Shown here piece after piece: positions 1 to 14,200 of a DNA stretch of 64,000 nucleotides. The stretch is from Octopus sinensis (taxonomy: Eukaryota): contig NC_042998.1 in the NCBI RefSeq assembly GCF_006345805.1, positions 16,306,001 through 16,370,000 of the forward strand, read 5' to 3'. The stretch's first letter is position 1. Every line of letters starts with the position of its first letter. The position numbers and the translations under genes were made by a program. The notes below the pieces were generated by a model. It made no database searches. It worked only from the letters and a program-made list of their open reading frames with translations, and was not told where the DNA came from.

Positions 1-474
1 ACACTTTATCTAATATCTATCATACATCTAAGAAATCAAACAAAAATTTAAACTGTGAGAAACAAGAGGGTTTCACGTATGATAGAAAATATTTGTTGGT
101 TATTAATATTTAAGTTATAATTATGATTAATCTAAATTGATATCTGCACCAGCAAGATCAATTTCTGTACTTGTAACAGGAATATTTTGTAATAGCAATT
201 TCCAAATATAAAACAAAATTTTCATTCGTATTAATCTCAGTGTAGTATTTAATATCTATTTTCAGAGACTGTATTGCTGATTCGGTACCCAATTATACAC
301 CTCTCTAGACAAGCAAGCATCAATAAAGTATTATTGGATAGATCTATACATCATGTTGCTGTAAATATCTTAATCATTATATATTTTCAGGAAAAGATAT
401 CCTAACCACAAAAGTGGTGCCAGGTCAGAATTTGGCCAATCTAATACAAATACTTCAAAATCATTCAATATATA

Positions 475-846
475 GGCGTAGGAGTGGCTGTGTGGTAAGT
501 AGCTTGCTTACCAACCACATGGTTCCGGGTTCAGTCCCACTGCATGGACTTTTCGGCGAGTGAATAGATTTGGTAGTCGGAAACTGAAAGAAGCCCTTCG
601 TATATGTGTATATATATATGTATGTATGTGTGTATATGTTTGTGTGTCTGAATTTGCAGCCCCCCACAAAAGCGCATGACAACTGATGCTGCTGTGCTTA
701 CGTCCCCGTAACGTCGCGGTTCGGCAAAAGAGACCGATAGAATAAGTACTAGGCTTACAAAGAATAAGTCCTGGGGGTCGATTTTCTCGACTAAAGGCGG
801 TGCTCCAGCATGGCCACAGTCAAATGACTGAAACAAGTAAAAGAGT
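475..846 (+). mobile_element. tRNA-derived SINE, family A (CORE-like, with internal microsatellite)
   Basis: A-box-like TGGCTGTGTGG, B-box-like GGTTCAGTCCC, internal (TA)/(TG) tract and 3' tail GGCGGTGCTCCAGCATGGCCACAGTCAAATGACTGAAAC; closely similar copies at 15359, 45868 and 48885. Confidence 0.9.
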
Positions 847-1212
847 ATATCAAATTGAACTGTCTCCTCAGGCTAAAATATCGCTTTAGATGAATAGGTC
901 TATCGTTTCGGTTCATGGATGGCCATCGTTAATTGGACCGCCTTCATACAGGATTACCCAGTTACCAAGAACAAAACCAGTAACATACTGCAGATCTCCA
1001 TTGAAAACTATGAAAGTTTAACTAGATCTGTCTATAATGCCTTTGTACATTATATTTGTGCCAGGGAAGTCGAACTAATGTTAAACGGTTTATTCACATC
1101 ATGAGATTCAATCTATTATTGCATTCTCATTGATTAAGGTATTTTCTGTACTTTTTGACATATTTAGTTATATATAGAGAGAGAGATAGGTTTTTTTGTG
1201 CGCGCATGTACC

Positions 1213-1256
<44 letters not shown>

Positions 1257-1316
1257 CCTCGTTCGATTTGTTTTGCTCCGCCTCTGTTCTGTTTTTGTTT
1301 TTTCCAACGGATTTCC

Positions 1317-1409
1317 TATTTCTTCCTGAAGAGAAAGACACAATATGGTCTAATTATTCAATCGGAATTTGGTAAGTTGTGCCTTTCGAAACACGTGTAG
1401 AATGAAATA
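1317..1409 (+). ncRNA. Type I hammerhead ribozyme in a short Penelope-type pseudo-LTR-like segment
   Basis: Stem I TATTTC-TTC / GAA-T-GAAATA; core CTGAAGA (1326-1332); stem II GAAAG-A-CACAA / TTGTG-C-CTTTC; GAA (1388-1390); palindromic stem III ACACGTGT; cleavage triplet GTA (after 1399). Confidence 0.85.
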
Positions 1410-1918
1410 AAACGATTTCTGTTCAATCTTCGTTCAACTCCACTCCTTCAATTCACTAATTATATATATATATATAATATATATATATATATATTATATA
1501 TATAAATCAATAAATGGTGGGGTTGTGTTGACCGCACGTGGAGAAATGATAGGCAAAGAAAAATTAAAAAGGCAGAATGCTAAATTGAAGGAAAAGTTTA
1601 ATGAAAATGGGTGTATGGAACATTTTGAAAAATTAATAAAATATATATATATATTAATTCAAAACGGTTTTCGTTACAATGTGATTTTCAAGTAATGTAA
1701 GGTGGAAAGAAAAACTGTTTTGTTTATGTTTGACGAGGGGATAAAAAGAAAATTACATTGTTTTTTGCAAAAAAAAAAAATAAACATATAAAAAAATTAG
1801 AAAATAGGTATTCCGATACATTGTAAAGTCTTTGTGTATCTCGAGTTTAATGATAGTTCTTGAAAAAATTACCTTGGAGGATTGAGATCCATGTGATTAA
1901 ATCCATGTGCTGTTTAAT

Positions 1919-2161
1919 TTAATTAAGGATGTCTGTTAAGTGAATGTCAAAATAGGAAGTAGTTGTCCAGTTCCTGTGAGTAAGGAGAGACAACTCTGTG
2001 GGCTTTAAGCTCTTCAATTTGGGTTTATCAATATTTTGAACCAGGAGCGCCTCCTCGTTAACTGTTTTCGGGAGGTGTTTGAGCATGTCCAGATCATCCC
2101 TAATGAAACTTTTGATGTGAGTAAGGAAAAGTTTCAAAAGGATGTCTAGGAAATTACTCAA
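1919..2161 (-). pseudogene. Penelope-like RT fragment (internally deleted)
   Basis: SNFLDILLKLFLTHIKSFIRDDLDMLKHLPKTVNE closely matches SNFLDALLKPFLKHIKSYVRDDIDMLNHLPKTVNE of the element at 23624. Confidence 0.85.
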
Positions 2162-2831
2162 TATATATATATATAAATATCACTTAACATATCTTCATAT
2201 AGACAGAATTTTTCTTAAATATTGTTCACTTATATTTCCAAATATCCGTTAGCGCCATCAGTTATAGTTCATACACAACTAGACTCAACACTCTCTAAGT
2301 ATTTTTTAATCTTTCATCCATCATAATCGTATTATGAATATCCGAGCATACTATATGACACTCAATTCATCTAGACTTCTGTAACAACATAATATTCTTC
2401 TGATTTATTCTTTTTCATGTATTCTTGTTTTGCATCCAGGAGAATTTGATATGTAATTAATTTAATTATAATTAATCATTAAATTAATTAATTTTTTTCC
2501 GTGTTTCTTACATGTTAATATTCTCGTTCGAAACGATCGTATGCATGGATTAAAATTATATAAAACTTTTAACACCTTTTCTTCTCCATTTTTAATTGTT
2601 TGTCCTATAGGATACGTTTTCTACAAATGCTCATAACACACCTAGTAATATTTCCGTATTAGTAAGCTACCAATTTAATATGAAGAACCTTTATTAGAAA
2701 TCTAACTTTGGAACACCACAAAGTAAAGCATAAAATTGACATATAATCTCACATTTATATATACATATATATATGTGCGTGTGTGTGTGTATGTGTGTGT
2801 GTGTATGTGTGTGTGTGTATGTGTGTGTGTG

Positions 2832-2877
<46 letters not shown>

Positions 2878-3139
2878 CATACATATAGATAGATACAGAT
2901 AGATAGACACAGAAAGAGAGATAGAGAGAACTGCACATGTACATATACATATATATAACTTTGTATGTATTCATGCATGCATGACCGTATGTAAGGAGAG
3001 AGAGCTCGTGCATGAATGAAAGTGGTGGTGCGGGTCACAAGGAATTTTCAAATAACATAGTTACACAGATAATTTTGATACATATATTTATGTCAAATCG
3101 CAGTGAAAAAAGCATTAGCAATTCATCCAAACTGACTCA

Positions 3140-3490
3140 ATTACTAAACTTAAACTTAGATATGTTTCGACCAAAGGTTGGTCCAGGCCATGTCTAACTT
3201 AATAGCACCACCTGATAGGATTATTCGAATCCTGTTTAAGTCAAGTTTTGTTTATGGTCCATTCAAGTAGTGAGTTCTTGTTGGGTGAGTTGTATCCAAT
3301 TATGGGTGGCTTATCTGGTATTCTTTGAAGGAATCTATCCAGACTCCGTTTAAAGTTGATGGGATCCTTTTCCTCTTTGATGTCTTTCAGGACAATGTTA
3401 AATAGGGCTGGGCCTGTTGAGGAAAAGAAATTATGTTGCAGTGTACATGCTGTGATCTTGAATTGAGCAGGGGACAGCATCTTTTGAAGG
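3140..3490 (-). mobile_element. CR1-like LINE, 5'-truncated 3' end
   Basis: HNFFSSTGPALFNIVLKDIKEEKDPINFKRSLDRFLQRIPDKPP...NSLLEW is homologous to the C-terminus of the 58846-61482 ORF; shared 3' UTR; (TTTAAG)-like tail. Confidence 0.9.
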
Positions 3491-4554
3491 ATTGTACTAA
3501 AATGACAATCTCATTTCTATCAAATCACGCCGAAAATGTGAAAATAATTAAGCAAATAAATTTCAGTTAATGAATTTTCTTTAATGCAAGTCTAATCTGT
3601 TTTGGCGCATTATTTACGATAAAAACATCAGATGGAATCAGTCCTTGTTTCAATGCTTGAATATAAATTTCAAAAACTGAAACAAAGTCGTCCGTTAGAC
3701 AATGCCTTCTCGCATACATTCTTAAGCATCATAAAACATTGTGACCACAAAAAAGAAAAAAAATCTAGATCTGGATTGCTATTATCATTGCCTGAAATAT
3801 CTGTAAGATATCTCTTTACCTACTGCTGTCTTTTAAAGATTGCAACCGTCATACATAGGCAATCATACGAGAAATGGATGGAAGAATTCTATTCTTCAGT
3901 CATAGATGTTAGCAGTGTCTACACAAATTCTTCAGTCATAGATGTTAGCAGTGTCTACACAAAATTAGCATGTCCCAATGTATGAATACTTCTTCCTCCT
4001 GCACACAAAGTTATGATATGCTATAGAACCAGTGTCAGCTATTACATTTTCACCTTGCAAATATGGATGCAAACGTTTCCACCAGTGATTTAATATTCAT
4101 TTTATGAAATTCTTTCCAAGAAGGCAAAAGTGTAGCTCAGTATGACAGACTGGATTAATATATTTGTTTTAATATCTCATGTAAAATATCATGATATTGG
4201 ATTAGTAATGTAAGATAGGACATCGCTCTGAAATCAGCAACCACAATTCTATATTAGCAACATCGACTATAAAATGCTGTCTAGCTTTACGAACCAGTTT
4301 GCATTAAATTGAGAGTATTCTATGTAGAAATAAGAAACCTCGCACTGCTGTTGTATATTAGAATTCTGAACACGGCCGAAATCTAATGTTATCAGATGTT
4401 GCAAGAACGTGATGATACGCTTAAATCGCTGAAAATATTTTCCAAAAATATATTGTACATCTCAAAGTATATGAGGAAATAAATTGAGTCTAAACTGTAG
4501 ACACTTAAGAGTGGTAGACAACGAATTGAAATGACATATTCATCGTTGCTCGGA

Positions 4555-5235
4555 ACTTTGACAGTCATGCTGGAAAGCACTCCGATGGATTTAATGCCGT
4601 GCAGGGAGGTTACAGCTCTGGTTCTAGTAATGAGGAAGGAACAAGAGTGTTGGGTTCTTATGATTCAAATGATTTACTGGCTTGCTATGGAAGTTCAGCA
4701 GACCTGCAGGCCATTTCATTACTTATCGATCTGGTGGGCACACCAGCCATATTGACTACATTCTCGCCAGAAATAGAGACAGGCAAGAGAATGCATGGCC
4801 ATTACTAAATGAAGAAACTGCAATTCAACATAGCTTAATAATTAGCAAATTCAGACTTAGGGCTAGAAGGACCCACTGACAAAAAGCGGTATGGAAAAAG
4901 AGGTTATGGAAACATAAGGATCTTTCAAATGGGTAAAGATTCAGAGACGTTCTTAATGAAGGATTTGATGTGAAGGAAGCAGAGACAGAGGTATATGCAC
5001 AGAAAACAATTAGAAAGCATTACGGTATAATCTACTGAAGGCAACGAAACAAGGATGGCATGATGTTGGAGGAGTCACGCCGACTAAAGCACGAAAGATA
5101 CAAGATAGGTTTGGGAAAATTGGAAAAGTGGGAGTAGCAAAAAATCTTATCATGTGGCTTAAAGGGAAGCTAGACGTCCGGTTTATCTAGCTAGGGCAGG
5201 TGCAGAAAGGCAGAGGTTTGCCAGTGTTTTTCCGG
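4555..5235 (+). pseudogene. Decayed RTE-type LINE, apurinic-like endonuclease region
   Basis: HAGKHSDGFNAVQGGYSSGSSNEEGTRVL...HFITYRSGGHTSHIDYILAR resembles RTE APE motifs (HGG.G.G.RN.EG; TY.SG...SQIDY); frameshifted. Confidence 0.75.
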
Positions 5236-5882
5236 ATCGCTAGCTAGTATGTCAACTGGAATCGAGATATGTTGGAGTCAATATAAGCCGTTCAGAGACA
5301 TTTATTCGCACACAAACATATGTAGAGTTGTATGTAAATAAGTAAATGCAATATGACAATATATGTGCGCATGCATACTTACACATGCAAACGCAGATAC
5401 ACACACTCAGGTGTGCGCCAACGCTGTCATACATCCTCCGCGCCCACACGCATATATACACACACACGCACATACGCGCGCGCACACACGCCCACATACA
5501 CACACATATATATATATATAAAACAACTCGAGTATGTCCAACTTTCTTTATATAAATTGAGGTACCAGTAGATGATTTTCAAACCGTTGAGCATATAGCC
5601 ATAGGCAGTTGGATACCTCACAGCAGACCCTTTCCTCAATACGTGATATTGACAACTCACAACAATGACGAAATAATGATGTCTATTGCTCTGAAAAGAA
5701 ATAAGGTATTCTCATAAGAGCTGTCTTACATAGCTGTAACCTAATTTCGGGCTTCATACAGCAATGGCATTGAAGCAGCCCGATAAAGTAACAACACACA
5801 AACTCATGTATGTCTGTCCGATTTTGTTTATATACACGTATATATATATATATATCTATATATATATATATATAATATATAT

Positions 5883-5918
<36 letters not shown>

Positions 5919-6015
5919 ATCAAAAATAAGGGTGAACAAATTGGATATTAATTTAATAACATCAATTTAACACCAACACTTTAGCGCATAAAAACTGGGA
6001 TACAGTAAAAATTAA

Positions 6016-6537
6016 TACACAAATATAAGAGAGGGTCCACTAAGTGGACGCTGTAGCGCTAAAAATAGATCCGCAATGGTCTCAACCACCAAGAATTGTT
6101 CCCATGGAGAATTAGCACAACTATGCACGTAAAAGAGCAGGACAAATGAAAAATAACAAAAATGTAGATCAATTCTAGACAATTGTTTCACTGTTAATGG
6201 ATTATGCAATGTTACTTACATAATAAATCCGCAGTTCATCAGTAGAATTCGTCATGCAGTATTTGTTTCCGGTAATTTTGGCGCACTATAACGAGACATT
6301 CGAATCATAACTGCGAATATAATAGACTGAACCACATGTGTGTTTGGCTTTATGTTAAAATCTGGCGTGCGGTTCAATAAATTATATTCATTTTTCTTAT
6401 CTTTCTTTTGTCCTGCTCGTTTACGTTCATAGTTGTGCTAATTCTCCTTGGGAACAATTCTTGGTGGTTCAGACCATTTCGGATCTATTTTTAGCGCAAG
6501 AGCGTCTACTTAGTGGACCCTCTCTTATATTTGTGTG
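6016..6537. mobile_element. MITE with ~150-bp terminal inverted repeats
   Basis: CACAAATATAAGAGAGGGTCCACTAAGTGGACG... is mirrored by ...CGTCTACTTAGTGGACCCTCTCTTATATTTGTG; no coding capacity. Confidence 0.85.
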
Positions 6538-6551
6538 TGTATATATATATA

Positions 6552-6950
6552 CAACCAAAGCGCCCCCTGTCCAATGGACGGTGCTGAATTGTAAAACATT
6601 TACACTAAATTTTCTCAAAACTGCTTGTCCTACCATCCCATTTTGTGGCATTATTTCAAGCCAGCCGGCATTTTTCCCGCAAACTGCACGTTCATTTTTC
6701 TCGGTTACGCGTGTATCGATCGCAACAACCGATGTACTTGCGCGTACAAATGCACGTTTCTAAGGTTTTATCGATCGCATTCTCACCTGGAATCAATTTT
6801 TGTAATTACTTCAAGACTTATATACGCCCTGATACTGTCGGTATCTACACATCAAATTTGAGCGCAATCGGATGGAGGATGCCCGGTATCCTAGAAGATA
6901 CACACACAATCAGACAGACAGAACGGATTTTATATGATATATACGTATAA
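6552..6950. mobile_element. Possible non-autonomous Helentron/DINE-1-like element
   Basis: CAAATTTGAGCGCAATCGG...ACACACAATCAGACAGACAG...TTTTATATGATATATA resembles the layout of DINE-1/HINE-like elements (recall-based). Confidence 0.4.
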
Positions 6951-8104
6951 AATAAGAATTTATTTCCGAACGCATAAACTCTGATAGAACAGCATAGATT
7001 GGATAAAATATCCATACAAAGCGAAAAATTATTCTCATGTCTGGACGCTGACATATTTCTCCGCTTTGTATGGATAATTGATCCTTCTCTGCTGTTCTAG
7101 CAGCGTGTGCATGTTTATGAATTTCTGGATAGTCATTTGCATAAAGTACTCAAATCCGAAAGATTATTGATTGATACTCCAAGGATATTATCTGTAGTAT
7201 TCAACAGCGTAGCACAAATGAGATACCATTATGCCGTGAAAAATACCGATTAAATAATAATTGGAAAAAAAAAAAAATTCCCTCATAAAAGTGAACAAAA
7301 TATTTGTGTTTGTGGAAAATATAGTAAATTATGATGTACTTGCAAGTTTGGGATTTACAAAACTCAATTTATTTAGATATTTTTTATTAGGCAGCCATTT
7401 TATGCAGAAGTCCTTCGTGCAAATTTGCATTCATAATTATGTTTCATTGAGAACATGCAGAGCCCCACGGCTCAAATAAACAATGTATTCCCTGTAACAA
7501 TGCACTCATAATATTCACTCTTCATATCATCTCAATCTTAATAATTATATCATTACGACGTTAATTTGTCTCCTTTGCGCACTATTTACTTGTGCATTTC
7601 ATTTTAAATCTTTTTTTTTTTTGTCATTTCATGTACACACATGATATTTTCCCTAAACGATAGATTTCAAATGTTTATTTGCGATAGTTACTTATCTACA
7701 AGACGTCCTTTTCAAATATATTCTGCAGCATTAGAGGTGCTTTTCATATTAAAGAACATTCAATCTAAGTCTCAAATTCAAAAATTTCGCCGCATTGTCT
7801 CGTTAATTTTTTTTAAATGTATTATAGTCATATTCTCTAAGATAATTGTTTTCAGATAACCGCAAGGCTTCATAGTTACATGTAGTGCATATGTCAAAAT
7901 CGACAGCGGCAATGATGCAAGAACATTTAAGATTTCCAAAATAACACATACATATATATGGACACAAATACACTCACATACAACATACATGCACATAATA
8001 GCAGGCCCACATATATACTCAGGCAAGCACATGCACACACGCACACAAACACACACACACAAACACACACACACACACACATACACACACAAACACATAT
8101 ATAC

Positions 8105-8885
8105 ACAAGCTGCTATCAAAATGGTTCCAAGACTATTTCTGTAGCGCGCCATGAGATGGCTTTACGAACTGAGTGATTGCACTGTTTATTTCTTATGCTG
8201 TGAAATATGTGCTTTTGTGATTACGTTTGTGCTGTAGTTTGCAATTTTTGTCATTTTGTTATGCCTGCAATTTTACTGAAGATCCAACCTGAAATTTTGC
8301 GATACAATTAGTAGGCCTTCCACAGAGGTATTGAACCTGCTTTGACCAGCGGTGACAATGTAACGGGTCGTACGCAATGTTTCAAGTAGCATGGACGTTT
8401 CGAAAGCGGCGCAACAGAGCCACAGCTCAATTAGTAGCATGCGCCTAGTTTTCGCGACACCCATGGTATTATACATCGAGAATTCGTCCCCGAGGATAAG
8501 ATCGGTGGGGTTGGGGAAGGGGTTGTACTGTGGTGTTTTAAAGATTATAAACTTAGGATATTCAGCAAAAGGGACCAGATCTGTGGAGCGTGTAGAAATG
8601 CAATTTCCGCAACAATGCACACTGTCTCAGAGCTGTCCTCACTCTTGAGTTTCTTGCCAAAAACACCATATATCGATAAAGCACCCGCTCTATTCACCAC
8701 ATTTAGCCTCCGCGTGCTTCCATCACTTTCCCAAAAGGAAAATGCAACGCAAAGTTCACCGTTCTCTCATGGTTGTCCAGATGAAGACTGAATCATAAAA
8801 GGTCCTCAACACGCATACGGAAATCAAATTTCTAACCGGTTTCCCCAAGTGACAGAAGCGCCGAGACGCTTGTACTTCTACGCAA
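8105..8885 (+). pseudogene. Decayed mariner transposase remnant
   Basis: Plus-strand translation DTHGIIHREFVPE...FLPKHHISIKHPLYSPHLASACFHHFPKRKMQRKVHR matches mariner GIIH.EF.PE and HPPYSPDLAPCDFFLFPKLK motifs; stops and deletions present. Confidence 0.8.
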
Positions 8886-10904
8886 TATTTTGACTATCTC
8901 GAAAGAGATGATGTTAAAATTTAGGTAATTAAATAATCTTTATTAAATGTAACAAGTTCGACAACTTCTTGATTCCACCTAGTATATATGCATAAATATA
9001 TATATATATACATATAGATAGATAGGTAGGTAGATAGATAGATAGATGATAGATAGATAGATATAGATATAGATAGATAGATATAGATATAGATAGATAG
9101 ATACATACATACCTGCATACAATCATATATACATACATACATGCATTCATACACACACATATGTATTCATGTACGCACATATGCATGTGTTTGTATGAAT
9201 GCATTTATCAGTTCTTCCTGAAGGAGTTTGTGTATTTAAATCGATACAATTTATATGCATATAGCAAACAGCTATGTATTTATATTTCATAGGTGAAAAC
9301 AAAACGCAAAAACAAAACTTACGTAAAATGATGTTAAAATTTAAGTTTACTCTATGACCAAAATAAAATATTGTTCTCTTCATCGAAATAGAAGAAAGCG
9401 CCCAACATATAAAAGCTTCATAGAGTTAGATGACAACACAACTACAGTAGGCAAATTTTTAGCTTAGTTTTACATCTCATTTGACATTCTATGTAATGTA
9501 ATGTATGTGACTATCTTTACACGCATGCACAAGTATGTGTGTTTGTGTGCATATGCGAGCAGATGCTGAAAATCTCCTGTTTTTATCGTGAAAGAGTTTT
9601 TACAGGGCATAGAAAAACTGAAGGATCACTGCAATAAGTGTGGGATTCTGTGAGGGAAATATATTGAATTAAATCATAATTAACTGATCCGCCTGTATTT
9701 TCTCTTACACAAATTCATTAACTTTTCAGCATACACTGGTTTAAATAGGTGTGTGTATATATATATATATATAAATACACATTAAGAAAGGACATCTCCA
9801 ACGAGTGAAAAATACCTAACAACACAACGAGAGATAAGTATGAGACACAATATCAGATGAAGTCTAACCCCTCCTCAGTTGTCGACTGCAATAGTACTCC
9901 CTGTTTCGTGCTTTTAACGACATTACAGAAAAACTTCATAAGACAGCAGCATCCAGCAATTTTTTAAATATAAAATTTGTGGAGGGTTAGAGCTTCGAAT
10001 GAACAAACGACAGGAGAGTGGACATACGGAAGTAAACATTGAACGAAGACAAGCATTACATTCCGTTAGGCCAAGAGGGATTGTAATGGGAAACGCCTGG
10101 GAGAAATGTTGAAATGGTATAGGATAGATAGTAGAGAAGAAAAAGTCTAGTGGCGAAAGAGTTGATGTCCAGCTGGCTGGCCGTCGAACCCAGAAAAGAC
10201 ACAGAGAGGAACAAACAGAGGGAGTGAGAAGAGAGAATAAGATATATATATATATATATATATATATACATTCTTTTCAATTCTACATTTCTGCTAAAAC
10301 GGACAGGTTAGTGACAACCACACCACTACAATAATGTAAATCTTTTTGAACTCATAATATTCTGTATGTGTATTCTGAACATTTTTTTAATAATTCCTCC
10401 TGGAAATTACCCTGAGATGTATAATATATTTGTTTTAATCTTTTCTGCCCATTTTTTCAATGAGCTTGTTAAACTTTTTTATATTTTCAACATACTGTTG
10501 TCACCAAAGACTGTATATTTATATGGATTATAGTACTCTGTGTCAACCAAATTTCTGTGCATGTTTGAATATACAGATACAGTACCAATATCAATTCCTT
10601 CTGGAAACTATCTTAAGTATGCCCTTGAGAACGATTATTTATGTAATCTTTTTTGCCCAATATTTTAAGGAACTTGTTGAACTTTTTTATGTCCTTAACA
10701 TGTCCCTGTTACCAAAGACTATATATATATATGTAAGGTAGCAATTTGCAACAGCCAATAATTAACGCAACCAAACTTCCTCATGTTACATTTGACAACT
10801 TTTTCCAAAGAGTGAAACCGGTAAAGTAAATAAACATCTTTTAAATTGCATTTTCAAACCTTCTTTCGTATATAATTCCACTCGTGCGGTACCCCACAAC
10901 TCCA

Positions 10905-11250
<346 letters not shown>

Positions 11251-14200
11251 TATGGATAGATAGTGTGTGTGTATGATAGTGTGTGTGTATGATGGTGTGT
11301 GTGGTGGTGGGGGTAAAGCTTTCAGATTTCAAAGTCATGCAAACCATTTAATTAGTGTAGGATTTTATTTTGTAATGGAGTTAATGAATGGGGTACGCTG
11401 AAATTTTTACAGGTGCACAGACGCTTCTTGGAGCAGTTAAGTGTTACTGAAGCTTGAATCGTTGCATTTCGTTGATGTTTTGGAGCTGGAAGCTGCAGAG
11501 TCGCCTGTATATTATCAGAAATTGATTACGAGCTTCAACTTTTATTTGAGTGTGGATTATTTCCCTCTTAAAGAAAGCAAACAATTGCAGAAAGTGTGTT
11601 GCTTTACATGAAATTAAATGGAGAGCTCATTAGAGATGATGTAGTTGATTCAGAAATAATGTGAAATACAACATTGCTTGTGATACATTCCTCCGGTTTG
11701 ACACAACATGCTAAGTAACATATGACATAAGGTACATGTTTATTTATACATTCAACGACGATGGATTATTGTAAAAACTGTAGGTCAATGCTAAGGACTT
11801 TAACTTAGAAAAGTTCAAAGCAAGAGCAATACTTCAGTTCTCGACAGAGACACAAAGATTGCTATTCATTTAGAGCAGTGTCTTATGTTTTCATATCCAG
11901 GTAAAGTTTCCTCTAGTGAAAAATGATACTTTGTTTAGGCAAAAAGGAACTTCGGAATAACAGAACAGTTGGTGAAATGGTTACTTGCGTTGTTTATTGT
12001 TTTCTTTTTCTTTTTCCTGATATTTGGCATGTATTTGGTTCTGTAATACAGCGACAGTTTTGATGAAACTTCAATTAGAGTAGGTGGTATGAGCCTCAAT
12101 CCATATCTGCAAACACAAGTAGAAAATCACATCATAGCTGAATAGCAGCAGAAAAAACATGGCTGGCTTTATCCCTTAAATAAAAAAAAAGTTCTAAGTT
12201 TATGTCATGCTCTAAAGAGACTTTCATATGAATTTTGATTATGCGCAATACAGGTCCACGACTTATATGCAACTGAATTTTTTCTTGATGTCACAATGTA
12301 CATAGAAAGTATTACTGCATTTCAGCTACCCGTGAACTTTGGCCAGTGCTGGTATTCATTCTTCATGAGGGATGTGCTTACATAACACAGTGCAGTGATC
12401 AATACATGTAAGTTGTTTCGTAATTAAAACTCTTACCACACAAACATATATTATATCTACGTACATTACACACACTTAAATGCATAAAATAATGATATAA
12501 TTAAACGTCATTTCAACATATATATGATTTAAAATTTTATATATTCATACACGAACACATTGAATCATACTTAGTTTTATTCGTGCGCGCGTGTGTATGT
12601 ATGTTGATATATACTAAAGCGCATGTGCGTATGTACACATAGACGGACTCACAGACACACATCTATATTTATATATATATATATAAAAGGTATGTGCATG
12701 CGCATGTTTATGACAACTGGTAATATATTGGAAACATACTTTGATTTTACTTGGTTTATTTAGACAGCTCTAGATTTTATTCTCATAATAAACGTCAAAA
12801 GGTGCTAATAACTAGCTTTGCCTGTCTTCAGTACATACTTGGTCGTAAATAATGAAATTCCATGGAAGCTAAATATACTTTTAGACTTTTATTTCGTTCT
12901 TATATCAATGTCACATGTGATCACTTGAACAAATATAGCAGAAAGAGAACCGCTTTGCATAGTGTTATGATTCATTGTCGAAATAGAATTATGAGTTTTA
13001 ATATATAACATAGTCAGACAGGTAAATATAGTTCAAACATTAGAATTTATCTCGTAGACATATTAATATTAAGCACATTGTCCCACCAACATATTCAGTA
13101 TTTCACACAATTACGTATAAACGCTACGAAATTCATATAGACTCTTACTATACAATCGGAAGTTATTTATTCTTACTAACTTCCAAATTTGTATTTATAG
13201 GGGAAATATTGATTATGTTGCCTGATTAGAGTCTAGCTATTTAGAGGTAGTAAAGTTATTTAAGTAAAATATTGTAGTTATCATTCACCTACAAACATTC
13301 GTAAAATAAGCCATTAGTCGAGTCCGAGATGACTACTGTCAAATCGAATAGCTCTGGAAATTCTTCTGTATATCATAGCTGATGCGCTAGCAAATATTTT
13401 GAGCCATGCAAGTGTCAAAATGCATCGTTTTTCCCCGAAAGGAAAAGTTACTCAGTCTTGCAGTATTATAACTGATTTAAAGCTTTGATATCTTGTGGAA
13501 TGAATTTGATATCGGTAAATGTATATATATATTATGAAGCTTCAAATTGTTCATAGGAAAATTTGTGGAATTGTAAGCCCAAAATTTAAAGAATTATGAC
13601 TCACATTAAATTGTATTTTATTAATGGGAATAATCGTTATTATAATCTATACCATTCCTCTGAAAAAATGTAAATAAATGTTAGCTTACTTATTCTTATT
13701 GCATAAAATCCTGGAGGTTTTGCATCAGTTGTCAGTTGGTGTTTTAAGTAATTTTGAGCTGATGTTTGGTAGCAGATAAACATTGTAGTTAAGGGAAATA
13801 AATATCACTCACCGGAGAGATTTCGGTGCAATTAGCCTAGTAAGACAGAGATTACTAACCTTAACAAGTAACATTTTTAACGTATCATATAGGAGACATG
13901 TAGCCTGGCGTTTTCAAGTAGTGTAAGTTCTTTAAGCTAAGCTAATGCTTGACATAAATTTATGCAGTTCTTGGTGCATTTTATCACTTTTCCTAATACG
14001 ATTCACATACTAGAATGATTCCACTTACGATTCCAGAAATAGTAATTAAATGCCATACGCTTCAAATACACAAAACTAAATGGAACCTTATTCTAATATC
14101 CAAAACATCGTGTATTGTGTCTGGCGCAATGGCACTTTCTACATATTTCACAAGGCACTGAACGAGTGTTTTGTTTGTATTACGGGAAATAAATATGTTT

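Noticed and set aside
9860-9915. Minus-strand GAAAC...GACAACTGAGGAGGG motif, also at 20345-20390 and 31320-31345, as a type II hammerhead
   Set aside because: The core-like heptamer is conserved, but I could not form consistent stems I and II. It is likely an LTR fragment of another family.
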